This document shows positions 47,509-60,100 of a DNA stretch of 64,000 nt, one piece after another. Each line of letters opens with the position of its first letter. Position 1 is the stretch's first letter. A program made the translations under genes and the position numbers. The notes below the pieces were generated by a model that saw only the letters and a list, made by a program, of their open reading frames with translations, searched no databases and was not told the origin of the DNA. Source of the DNA: Amoebophrya sp. A120. Taxonomy: Eukaryota; Protista; Dinoflagellata. The stretch covers positions 1,440,094 through 1,504,093 of the forward strand of contig CAJINV010000010.1 in assembly GCA_905178155.1 (NCBI GenBank), given 5' to 3'.

Positions 47509-49950
47509 ATGGTCCTTTCAAGAAGGTCCTTCGCTAGTACGATACTAGCCACCAGTTCTTTTCTCTCAGCTGACGCGCTGTACCAGAAGGGCTCTCCGGT
47601 CCAGCTACTGGATGCCGCTGCGTTTAAGAAGAAGGTTATCGGTAGCGAGGCACCATTCATGGTGGAATTCTTTGCCAGCTGGTGCGGACACTGCAAGCAG
47701 CTAGCACCGGAGTACGAAAAGGCAGCAAAGGCCACGAAAGGTATCATGTGTTTATTTTGTCATGCGCGACGAGGCTGACGCTACGGCTTCAACTTCGTTC
47801 TATTTCATTGCAATGCTGCGTCGCACCACAAAAATTCTGCCGTTCGTAGTAAATACTTTTACGAGACTCGCATGACAAACTTCTCCTACCGAAGGTGTAA
47901 TCGGCTTCGTCGCGGTCGAAGATCAGGCCGCGATGCAGGAGTATGGTGTCTATCAAATGCAAATATGTCTGACATGACTCAAGAATCTGTGATGCATAGG
48001 CATCAAACGGAATTCTTACCTGTCATGCGAAAACGCAGCTTGCCATGCGGAACACGCAACACATAGGGGCCCAAAAATTTGTCATGCGTGGCTCCGTATT
48101 GCAACGGAACTCCCATTCACTTTTAGCATTACGAGTTTCCAGACCCAGACATATTTGCAAAGCATAGTGTCCAGGGTTTCCCAACCATCAAATGGTTCGG
48201 GGCGAACAAGTCGAAGCCAGAGGACTACAGGTCAGGCCGGGACGCGAAATCCATGGTCGAGTTCGCCATGAAGAAGGTCAACGACATGGTCTCTAGCAAA
48301 ATATCAAGTGCAAAAATGTCTGGGTCTGGAAGATGGTGAGACTTGTCTTGCAAGTCTTGCATGTGCCATGATGTCTGTGATGCATGCTCTAGCCTCAGAG
48401 ATCTTTTGAGGGCTTCTCGATGCCTATTCTGCATGACAAGTGCCCTTTTCCCGTAGCAAAAATTGCGCTCCCTTTGCAGCTCATGCAATCCAAATTTTTT
48501 TGGAGTCCAAACGCAGCATCAGAAGTTGCATTCTTCCAGACCCAGACATTTTTGCATTTGATACAAAATCGGCGGCGGCAACTTCGGCGGAAGTTCATCT
48601 GGTGGATCCGGCGGTGGGTCCGGTGGGTCTGGCGGGTCGGGAGGCGGCGATACGGTCGTGCTCACCGATAGCAACTTCGACGATTTGGTGATGAAGGACA
48701 GCAAAAACGTCTGGTTTGTCAAATTCTACGCGCCCTGGTGCGGACACTGCAAGGTATGGTAGTTGTTTTCGTGCTTGAAGATAAAGGCCTGCGCCTGAAC
48801 GAACTTATCACCATAGATTGATAGAACTAGAAAGCGCTAGACAGCTGCACCACTTTTCTTTAGATGCATGATTAAGTAGGGTTTCGGTGCATGATTTTTT
48901 ATTTTACAACGAAAAAGAGTTCCACTTGTGATGCAATGCAAATGCAAATGGCGCACGAAATATATTCAGAATCGAAATCACATTTGTAACGCCGTACTCA
49001 AATTTTATCAGGCCATGGCGGGAGACTGGGACAAGACGGCTACTGCTATGAAGGGCAAAGTCAAGGTCGCCAAGATGGACGCCACGACAGAGACGGGTGT
49101 GCCAGGAAGGTTTGGCGTGCGAGGATTCCCAACAATCAAGCTGTTTCCAGCTGGTATTTACATTTTTTTGTCGTGCGTTTTTGCATGACTGAATTTGGAG
49201 GTTCGAGTTCGCATGTTGCAACATGATGTGTCGCATGTTGTTCGAAAACAATACACCAACAGGTCCCAAATCCGATAGCAGCGCCGTTGACTACAACGAG
49301 GGGAGAGACGCGGGTTCCCTGCAAAAGTTCGCCGAGAAGTATTTCATGATGACCGTGGAGGCCGAACAGCTGTTGTCCCAGGAAATGTTCGACGAGAAGT
49401 GCAGCGGGGGACAATTGTGCCTGATCGCCTTCCTCCCACACATTATGGAATCCAGTGCTAAGGAGAGGAAAAAGTACGAAAATAATGCCGGAACTTTTTT
49501 GCACTTATGACCCTCTGAAGCTGCAGTTCTGGTTGCTTTAATATTCCCGCATCCTAGCAGTTCGAACTTAATATCGTGATCATCAACTCCTTCACTTTAC
49601 AACTTTTTGACGAAATAACCTTTATCAGGTACCTCGAGCTTTACAACACCGCTGCCCGGTCTGCCGGCGGTGTCCCCGCCAGCTTCTACTGGTCGCAAGG
49701 AGGCGACCAGTACGAATTGGAGGAGAAATTGAACCTCGGCTTCGGGTTTCCCGCACTGGTGGCGATCTCCAGGAAGAAGAACATTTTCGTCACCCACCGC
49801 GGGTCCTTCACCGAGTCCGCGGTTAGGACGTTCATCACTGGGTTGTCAGCGCCGAAGCACTTGAACGATTTGCCCAAGGATTTGCCGAAGTTGGTGAAAC
49901 AGAAGGCCTGGGATGGAAAGGACGCGCCGAAAGAGGATGAGGAACTGTAA
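47509..49950 (+). CDS. PDIA6: Protein disulfide isomerase, PDIA6/P5-like
   Basis: Signal peptide, two WCGHCK thioredoxin domains each followed by GFPTIK, Gly-rich linker, C-terminal DEEL. GT-AG introns 47741-47894, 48754-49011, 49154-49262 and 49474-49628, plus two introners. Confidence 0.92.
47951..48166. mobile_element. Introner family B in PDI
   Basis: DR GTGTC; removal gives [10 protein letters not shown]. Confidence 0.93.
48302..48563. mobile_element. Introner family B in PDI
   Basis: DR CAAAA. Confidence 0.92.
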
Positions 49951-51188
49951 ATGAAATTCGTTTAGCCTAAAATGAAAAAGAATAGCGCGGTAGCAAAAGG
50001 AGAGCAAATAATATTATCGAGGCTTTATTTAAAACGTACTTACGACAGCTTCAAAACTTCAACGTCAACCAAAAATATTCGTATAGTTTTCAACAATCAA
50101 ATTCACAAGTGTAAGTTCAAGCGCTGTTCTTGACGCGATAGCTTTCCTTTTACCACGAGTTTTTCGAGATTTGGTTTGTAGAAGAGGGCACGAGCATTAG
50201 CACCTGAGTCTCTTTTTCCTAAATGTATCAGTTTGAGTTGTTCCTCCAACAGTAGAGGGATTTGTTTACTGTTCAGTTATTTTACATTCTGCTTTGGTAG
50301 AAGCAGAAGGCACGAGTAATTTCGATTGACGTATAATTTCGATTTTGCTTTAGCTTTACAACAGGCGACTGTTCGCTCTAGTATGATGTATCCAGTACGA
50401 ATTATTCACCTCTGTGACAACAACGACAGTGCCCGATATTTGTTCTCCACGCATAGATTCCCCTATCACGTCGCCGAGAAACCTTTTTCGAATTTGTTTT
50501 TGGAAATGCCCCGAGCGAAGATGAAACGACAAAAGAAGCGATGGTCATCTGGCGACGCCAGCTGCCCACAAGTAAGGGCAAGGCAATGCGCGAGGCGGTG
50601 TGTAGAGCTGCAGTGTTCTTAGAGTTGTCTTCAGCATTTGTTGCAACAGCAAACTTGCGGAGGAGTGATCAAGAATTTGGTCTTCAAAACAGTCGGTCAC
50701 GATTGGAAGATGACAGAACACAGTATCTTGCAACAATTGCACTGGTTGAATTTGGGGACAGCGCAAGCAAAACAATACGATAGAAAACAAAGTCGTGGGG
50801 GTGGGAAACTTAAACTCTACAAAGCGGAAACGTGGCCGTTGTTGATGTACCAATCAAATCTTCGTCTTGGCAAACAGGAAGAGAACACCTAGTATCCCTA
50901 GGTCTTAGTCTTACCGAACCCGAAGGCGACCTCCCTGAAAAAACGATTACGAAAACAAACCCTAGTAGGTGTGGCAACTTCAACTTTCAGAGTTAATAGA
51001 CTGATGCGCCAAAACTGCATCGTTTGTACATCCTTGTTCCAAATAAAGTTGTTTGTTTTAGCTCACCCGAAATAAAGTTCCGTTGCCCCGTCGCCGTCCT
51101 CACCCTCCGATCAAAGAGGATTTTTTCTCAATTCGAATTTCATTCTCAACGAAGTGCCAACTCTTATTTCTGAAAAATTCAATTCAAA

Positions 51189-54100
51189 ATGTCCTACGTC
51201 TGTGAAAAAGCGTCTCTCACGACCAACAAGGGTGAGCAACTCTTGCAGGATATCGATCTGAAATGCGAGCGCGGGGAGGTCACAGCGATTCTCGGACCGT
51301 CTGGGTCGGGGAAGACGGTTTTGTTGAATTTGCTAACATTCAACACCGGGAAAAAGACTACCAACACCGCAAAATCCGTCACGGTCGATGGGAAGGGAGT
51401 CGCAACATTACAACAGTGGATGGAGCACTGCATTTATGTCCCGAACATCACCGACTTGCAGTTCCCGACCTTAACCTGTAAACAGGTTTTAACCTACGCC
51501 GCCCGGTGGCAGTCGCCTGAATTGATCGAGGAGAGAGTCAACGACGTTCTCCAGCTTCTCGGCTTGGAGTCCTGCCAGGACACGCAGGTTGCGGGCGCTT
51601 TCGGCTTAGCGAAGGGTTTATCTGGCGGGCAGAAGAGGCGATTGGCGCTGGGTGTTGGGCTTCTGCGTCAAGCGGACGTGTTGTTCATCGATGACGTTAC
51701 CTCTGGCCTCGATTCCGCCGCGGCGTTCAACATCATGAAGTGCTTGCAGAAGATCGCCGTGGAGCGGAATGTTAGTGTGATCTGCACGTTGCAGCAGCCG
51801 GCGGAGGATATTTGGGATCTGTGTGATAGGATTTTGCTTCTCTCCGACGGGAAGTCCGCCTTTTTCGGGTACCGGGGGCATTGTTTGGATTACTTCAAGG
51901 AAACTTGCGGGCTGAAAAAACCAAATCAGCAGAACGCGGCGGACTTCGTGTTGAACGCGATTAACGCAGATTTTGTCGCGTTGGATGAAGTCGAGCGGGT
52001 GTTGCGACTGTGGGAGGAGAACAAAGAGAATCAAGCGGTGAAAACCAGGTCCGGATCCAAGGACAAAACTGTTGGGTTGATCACTGGACTACAACAACCT
52101 GGAACTGGTGCCAACGCAACCTCCCCAGACGACGGTGAAAACACGACTGTAGTCTTCAAATCGCAGAAAACGATGCAGCAACAGTTCCAGAACTGCCGGA
52201 AATCGACAAATTTTGAAAAGCTGAAAGTCACCTTCGCACGGGATCTCCGAGTCACGATGACCGACCCGGTACTGTACTGGGCCCGGGCGATCATGAACTT
52301 CGTTATGAGCTTCTTTCTATGCATTGCAAAAGCATCGCACTAAGCGTAAATCGCATGACAAATCTGCTCAGCGTGAGGAGTATAATTTGTAATGGGGATT
52401 GACCTCAACAAAGAGATCTGTAATGCATCTCTGCGATAATTTTTACTACGAGTGCGATACTTTTGCTGTGGATACTTTCTCGTCGCGCTCTGGTGGGAAG
52501 GAATCGAATACGACAACGAGTTTGCGATGAACTATCCTGTGCAAAAGGATCGCACTCGTATTGTTATCATGCATTACAAATCTTTCGCTCTACGTAAATC
52601 CGCATTACAAATTTCATTTCTCATGCTGAAGCTGAGGAAATTTGTCATGCATTTATACGAATCCGATACTTTTGCAATCCACATGAACCGCATGTGGCCC
52701 ATGGCAATGGCGATGAGCAACATAACGCTAGAGTCGATCATCTGTGTGTACTTTTTCAACAAGGCGCACCAAACCTGGAAGGTGGAAATCCGGTCCCAGG
52801 GGTTCTACCCGAGCTACTGCGTCGTGGTTAGTAACTTTCTTTTATCTATCCCCTGCCTCGGTTTCACGGTGTTCATGGCGATGTTTCCGGGCAACATGTA
52901 CGGGCTCGGGAATTACGAGATTGAGGGCGGGTTCGAGGCTTTTACGGTTATGCTCCTGATGGCGATCGTCTTCGACGGGTTTGGGAAACTCTGCTCCTTA
53001 ACTGACAACATGCTGGTCGGCTTTCTGGGGTACATCCAGTTCTGGTTCGCCTCCTTCCTTTTCTGCGGGTTCATGATCGAGTTTGACTTGGTCGTGTGGC
53101 CGTTGCGGGCTCTGACCTACACCAGTCCCCACCGACACGCCATCCCCGCGGTGTTGTATGCGGACTTCGCGAGACACACGGAGTGGAAAAATGCAGCGCC
53201 GTGTGCAGCGGGCATGCTGGAATCCGTCGCGACACAGGCGAACTGCATCTTCCAAGACGGATTTACCGGTGCTGCTGGTGCGAGAACGGCGGTTGGTGCT
53301 GGGTTTGCCTGTGCCTACCAAGAGTACCAGTGCTGGGGCTACACCGGGATCCAGGTGTTGCGCACCATGCACAAGGTCTACCCGGTGGTGGATTACGAAG
53401 ATCCGGTTTTCGAACGGTCGATGATTTTGCTGGGTTTCGTATCCTGCGTAAAAACGTCCCCACCCTATAGTCAAGTCGGAAACTTAGCAACACAAATCCA
53501 GAAGTTTTGGGAGGCACGCATGACAAGTTCGTCTCTATATTGTAGATAGTGCAGTCGCATCACAAACCGGGATCCTTATCCTGTTTACAGCATTACAAAT
53601 GCCAAAACACGGTTGGAAATGCCTCTCATGTAAATGCGCAGTACAAATGTTCCTGTCATTGCAAATCTGCATGACAAATCTGGGGTGGGGACGTTTTTGC
53701 AGATGATACTTCGGGTTGTTGTGGAACTTGTGCTACGGAATGGGGTTGATTTACAAGATGATCGGGGACGTGCCGAAGATCGGTGACTCGGCGCTACAGC
53801 CAACCAGTGGTGCAAACGGAGTGGTCCCGAAGAACAAGAAACGACTCTCATACCACCAGCACGACAACGACTTGCAGAACGACAAAGCTGGTGATGTAAC
53901 AGCAACAGGCACAACTAGTACATCCACGGAGCTGAAGTACAAAGTGCAGGACAACACCGCTGAAGACAACTCCTATGGGAGTGTCAGGTTTGAAATCTAC
54001 AAAGTTGAAATAACTTGTAATGCATAAAATGGATGCCAGTTGTGACCGAGCTTCTAAGTGGCGCATGACAAATTTGGGTAGAGCCGAAATCCAGTTTGTC

Positions 54101-57100
54101 GCGCTGTTTCGGTAAGGAAGACGCCTTTTGTCATGCTACTTTAGCAGCTCAGTTTCTACCCCTTAACAGGCTTACAATATACCTCACTTGCCTACTCTGC
54201 AAGACAGGCACTTTGTGGGCTGCATTTTATGCATGACAAATTATTTCAAAAACTTTGTCGATTTCAATCCTGACACATCCATAACTCCAACCCGGGAAAT
54301 ACTTCCTCTTCCGATTCCAACCCGATCATCCCTTTGTTAAAAATCGACAACATCAACGTCGTCACGAAGGAAATCAAACCGGGCTTCCTCACCAACAAGC
54401 AGGGAAAACCGGCGAAACAACTTGTCATCGACGTCTCGTTAGAAGCGAACCGGGGCGAAGTCTACGCGATCCTTGGTCCGTCCGGCGCCGGGAAAACGAC
54501 TTTCTTAGACGCGATTACCTGCAACGCGGCGAAGAATTTGAACACGTTTGGGACTGTGGCGATAAATGGCGAGAAGGTGGAGAATTTACAGGATTTAATC
54601 GCGCACCGCTGCGTCTACATTCCGCAGCACAACGAGTACTTCGCGACCTTGACGCCGAAAGAAGTGTTGGAGTACTCAGCAGATTTCGCGAATGTGGATA
54701 GAAGCAAAGTCGACAAGGTGATTCGGAAACTTGGCCTCCAATCCTGTCAAAATACCAAAATCGGCGGGAAGTTCGGCACGGTCGGGCTCTCCGAAGGGCA
54801 GAAGAAAAGACTTTCGGTCGCGCAAGCTCTGATCAAGGAGCCGCTGATTCTGTTCTTAGATGAGCCGTATCCAGTGCAACTATGTCTGAGTCTGGAAGGA
54901 TGCAACCTGTGATGCTATCTTTTGATCCTAGATAAAATCTGTGTTGCATGAAAACAGCAAAAGGAACCTGTCCAGTGTTTGCTACGCGGAAAGGGCATTT
55001 GTCATGCGGTATGAGCATCAGAGGGACTTCGCAAAGTCTGTGATCGTGATGATACCGCCTGCATCACAGGTATCAGGCGTCATGGAAAATATGCATGACA
55101 AACTTGGCACTTGTTCTCCAAACCCAGACACATTCGCAATGCATAAGCCAACCACAGGCTTGGACGCTGCCTCCGCCTACTACACCATGCGGTACATCCG
55201 GAAAATCGCCCACGAGGACAACATGTTGATCATTTGCACGATCCACCAACCTATCGAATCCAAATATGTCTGTGTCGGGAAACAAACTTGTGATGCTGGT
55301 TGGCGAATCCTGAGGACGCCCCAAGTGATGGCTCAGCATGACAAGTCTCTGACTTGCTAGGTGTTGCGTATTCTGCATGACAAACCCCGTTTCGGCATGA
55401 CAGAAAAGTGAAGCTTTCGGGTAACGAGCATGACAGACTTTGGAGTCATGCTAGCAGAGCATGACAGACTTTCCATTCTTCCAGACCCAGACATTTTTGC
55501 AATCCATACAACCCAGCTTCGACGTGTGGCAAATGTTTGACAAAGTGCAATTACTGGCGAATGGGTTTACCGCTTATGCTGGGAGAAAGTCGTTTGTGGA
55601 AACGTACTTCAGCAAGTGCTGTGGGTCGAAAGACAATGTCGGTGCGCATGCGTTACCTTTTGGCCGCAACCCCGCAGAAGTGTTGTTGGACAAAATCAAC
55701 GCGGATTTTTCGCCGAAGGAAGTCGTGGACGATATCATTGAATCATGGAAGATTTGGAATACGAAAAAGATGAACACGACGATGCTGCAAAATAACAACT
55801 TAGTTGGAACAACAACCGATGACGTCGTCAAGCCGAGCTCGTTGGAACTGCAGCAAAAACAACACTCCGGTAGCGGCGCCGGGGATTCTAGTACGGGGAA
55901 CAGCGGAACGGGAACAAGTGGGAAGGACGGGATGAACAATCAAGACGAACAAAACTCCTCATCTTCCGGGGCAAACAACGCGAACGCTTTTCCGGAGAAC
56001 CAAGGCCATGTTTTTAACGTGCCTGCAATCGAGGGGTCGCACAACGCGGCTCCTGCTGGTTTCGTCCTCGGAGGAGGCTCATCAGGTACTTCTATCGCAA
56101 AGGTTTACCCCATGGAGATGGAAGTAGCCTTCAACGTGGAGGGTAATCACAACCTAGAAACGGACTCCGACAAAGCAGGAACGACAACTACTTCGACTTC
56201 CATCCAGAAGATGACCACGATCCAAACCTCTTCCTCCTTCGTCGCCGTCACGAAACGGGCCTTCCACGTCGCTTTTACCGATTACTCCGTCTATTTAGGT
56301 CGGATCCCGCTCTACTGGGTTTCGTGCATGTTCTTCTGCTTAGTTTACGTAGAAGTGCGGGAGATGAAGCAGCCGAATGTCCTCTTCCGCATGTGGCTCA
56401 TCATGTGGTGCATCTGCAGTCAGTGTGTCTTCGGCTGCGTTTCCGTGATTTTCTACGGGAATGAGTACCAATTAGTCCGAGATGAGATTCGGAACGGGTT
56501 TTATAAGGCGCGGGACTACCATTTGGCGTTGGTGTTGGTGTCCATCCCGATGGTATGAAAGTGCGCGACTCCACCCCCTCCCCCTCATTTGTCATGCAAA
56601 ATACCCAAGCCACCCTTTGCCTCTTGGCATTGTTTGCATGACAAGTTCTGGTAGCCCAAATAGCAATGTAATCCATTGTAAGTTTGTCATGCAAAGCCGG
56701 CATTTTTGCTGATGAGAGTATGGCTGTTCATGCAATACAAATGAGGGCGGGGGGAGTTGTGCACTGTCATACATCGTGTTTCTACTCGCCTTTGCGACCA
56801 TAAGTGGGAACGCTTATGGTGTGGGGAACTTCGACTGGGAGGATGGGGACTACGGGATGTTCTTGATCAACTGCTTTGTCAACCACTTGGTGTTCGAAGC
56901 GTTCGCCCAGGCGAGCTCGGTGCAATTCGATAACATCATCATCGGTATTGATTGCTGGTTGACTAGCTCATGTTCATAGTCGCATAACGTGCATCACAAA
57001 CGAGTCTCGCCTTTGATATTTCGCAATACAAATTTGATCACACCAGGTATGCTCAACTACGTCGGCTACTGGTTCAACGCGTTTCTCTATCCTGAGAAAA

Positions 57101-60100
57101 AAGTGTTACAGTTACACATTTTGTTGCAGGCCAAGCAAGACAGACAAGCTCTGTCATGCCGGATATGCTAGGAGCCTCCAATCGTGGCTCTTTTTTCGTA
57201 GGATTTCTGCATTGCAAGTTTTCTCTCTCATGCAGAGAAATTTGCGTTGTGAATTGATAACAAATGTGTAACTGTAGCACTTTTTTCGTGTGATATTCTC
57301 TTCATGGGAATGATGCTTGACCTGGATAACACCCTGATCGTGTTCCAGTGGATGTCCTGGGCCATGCCCTTCAAATACAGCTACAATACCGCCGTATGGA
57401 TCTGTCAGGATTGAAATCGTCAAAGTTGAAACGATTTGCCATGCATAAAATGCGAGGCATGAAGTGCCTGTCTTGCCGGGATGGCAAGTGAGTCAGATTG
57501 TGCGCCTATTTAGGGTTTGGGATATAGCTGCTAAAGGAGCATGACAAAAGCAGTCGTCCGTGCCCAAACAGCATGACAGATTGGATTTCGGTGCTCCGAA
57601 AATTTGTCATGCGCCGCTTAGAAATCGGTCTTCCATCAACTGGCATCCATTTTATGCATGACAAATCATTTCAACTTTGTCGATTTCAAACCTGACGCTT
57701 CCATACGCCGTCTACTTGGAGTACGAAGGCCGAACCCTTCCCGGCGCGGACCGCTGCCCAATGATCACTAGTTCTCTCATATCCTGTGCAAAAGTATCGT
57801 ACTCGTAGTGCAATCATGCATTACAAGTCTTTTTCTTAACGTAAATCCGCATTACAAATTTTATTTCTCATGCTGAGGAAATTTGTAATGCATTTATACG
57901 AGGACGATACTTTTGCAGTTCATATCTCACCCCACCGAGCAACACGGTAAACGGTTACCTACTCGCCCAACAGTCCGCCGGGTCGAACCAGGGCGGGTGC
58001 ATTTGGAAGCCGGATGACGTCGTGTCTGTGAACTATCAAATCTAAAAATATCTGGGTCTGGAAGAATACAAACTTGTGATGCGCATTTCAGAACACAGAA
58101 AAATCTCTCATGCATAGGTAGCAAAAGCTGCCCACTTTCTGTCACCAAAATGGGGGATTTGTCATGCGGATTCGACATGGCGGAAGCGGAAGCTTCTCGA
58201 AACCTGTGATGCTGGAGCTTCCATGCCAGACCTTCTGCGTCATGCAAAAACAGCATGACTCTTCCAGACCCAGACACTTTTGCATTTGATACGAACGGCG
58301 TGCCGACAACAACCACGGACTTAGGGTATACCTGTGGTTTACCCGGGAGCTACAAGCACATTTGCTACGGGTTTACCGGGAATGAATATCAAATGCAAAA
58401 ATGTCTGGGTCTAGAACAACAATGCAACTTGTCATGCTAAATCTGAATCATGTAAAATAAAAATCTGTGTTGCATGATTGCCAAAAGCTGTCCACTTTTG
58501 ACCTAATCGAGAGGCAGTTTCCCATGCAGGATTACTATCTATTATATTCATGCGAAAATATTGTTGTAGAGAGGGTAAACGAGAGGTGGCAGGGAGGTCA
58601 AAAAGAGGTCAAAAGAGGTAAAAAAGAGGTCGACAGAGGTGGAGAGGTGGCGCGGGAGGTAGTTCGAGAGGCTGGCCGAGAGGGGGCGCGAGTATAGCCC
58701 GCCGAACCGGTCGCCCTTTAGGGCCGCTAAGGGGCACGGAGGTGGCCGAGAGGTAAAACAGAGGGCAAGCGGGAGGTGGACAGAGGTGCCGAGAGGTTGC
58801 GCGAATAAGGGCGAACCTCCCGCGCACCCTCCTGGCCACCTCTCGGCCACCTCTGTCGACCTCTACCCGCGAATATAGCCGGACTATTAGCGGGGACCCC
58901 CAAAAGAGGCCAAAAAGAGGGTCTGCGAGAGGTCTGCGAGAGGGTAAAAACAGAAAGAAGTGGGCGCGAATCCGCATGGCACTACCCACATTTCGCATTG
59001 CAGGCCATTCGCGAGCTTGTTTTCTTCGGAGTCTTTCCGTGCCACCCTCTCGCGCCGCGCACCCTCTCGCGCGACCCTCTCGCGCAACCCTCTCGCGCCA
59101 ATCTACTTACAGGCGCAGGCGTCACAATTTGTGGCGTCTCGCGCCACCCTCTCGCGCTACCCTCTCGCGCCAGGCGGCTTTTGTTCGCCCCCGGTGCTCT
59201 TTGCAGCTGCTCCCTGCGCAGAGCGCCTACGGGCGCGGGAAGCGCGCAAGCGGTCCTGCGGGTTGGCGCGGCGCAAACAGGCGGCAGGACTCCAGTGTGT
59301 TTCATTGTGCATCCGCCCGTGGCGTTGTGGTCCGATTGGCAAACAGTCTTTCTCCGGCCCAACAGCCTTGCGCTCCGGCGTTAGCCGGAGCATGGCTGGT
59401 AGGTATGATAGAACTCTCACAGAATCTGCCATGCTACGTCCTACATACCAGACGTCCTGGAACATGGAAAACCTGCATGACAACTCTGGCACTCTTCCAG
59501 ACCCAGACACTTTTGCTTTTGATAGCGAAGCGATGGACACGATTCACCGGATGGGATATTCCGCTACGAAGGACGAGGATTTCATGTTGCGGAACTTTAT
59601 CCTAAGTAAAAGCGTCCCCACCCCATAGTCAAGATGGGAAATCTGCTAGACAAATCTACCTGCTTAGGGTGTTGCGCATGACAAGTTCGGCGTCAGGAGG
59701 TAGTTCTGTTTACCTCGTTTAGAAGCATCACAAATCTAGCGCACTATGCTGATTGGAGCATTATAAATTCCCAAACGCGACTAGAGAATACCTATCATGG
59801 GGCTCCGCATGAGAAACATTTTGGGCATGTGTTTCCGCATGACAACTCTGGGGTGGGGACGTTTTTACACGGGATAAACTTTATCGGGTTGTTGGTTTTA
59901 TTGGTTTTGAACAAATTGACGCATGTCATGTTTTATGCATTGCAAAAGTATAGTACTCCCTCGTACCAATTGCAACTATGCATAACAAATCTTGTCCTTA
60001 AGGTAAAACAGCATGACAGAGTCCAGTTCTCAACATGCTGAGAAAAGTTGTAATGCGTTTCTACTAGTGCGATACTTTTGCAATGCATATGTTTTTCAAC

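Noticed and set aside
58548-59628. Cluster of ORFs up to 222 aa
   Set aside because: They fall in the GC-rich Helitron-like insert, show no Rep or helicase motifs, and are open only because of composition.
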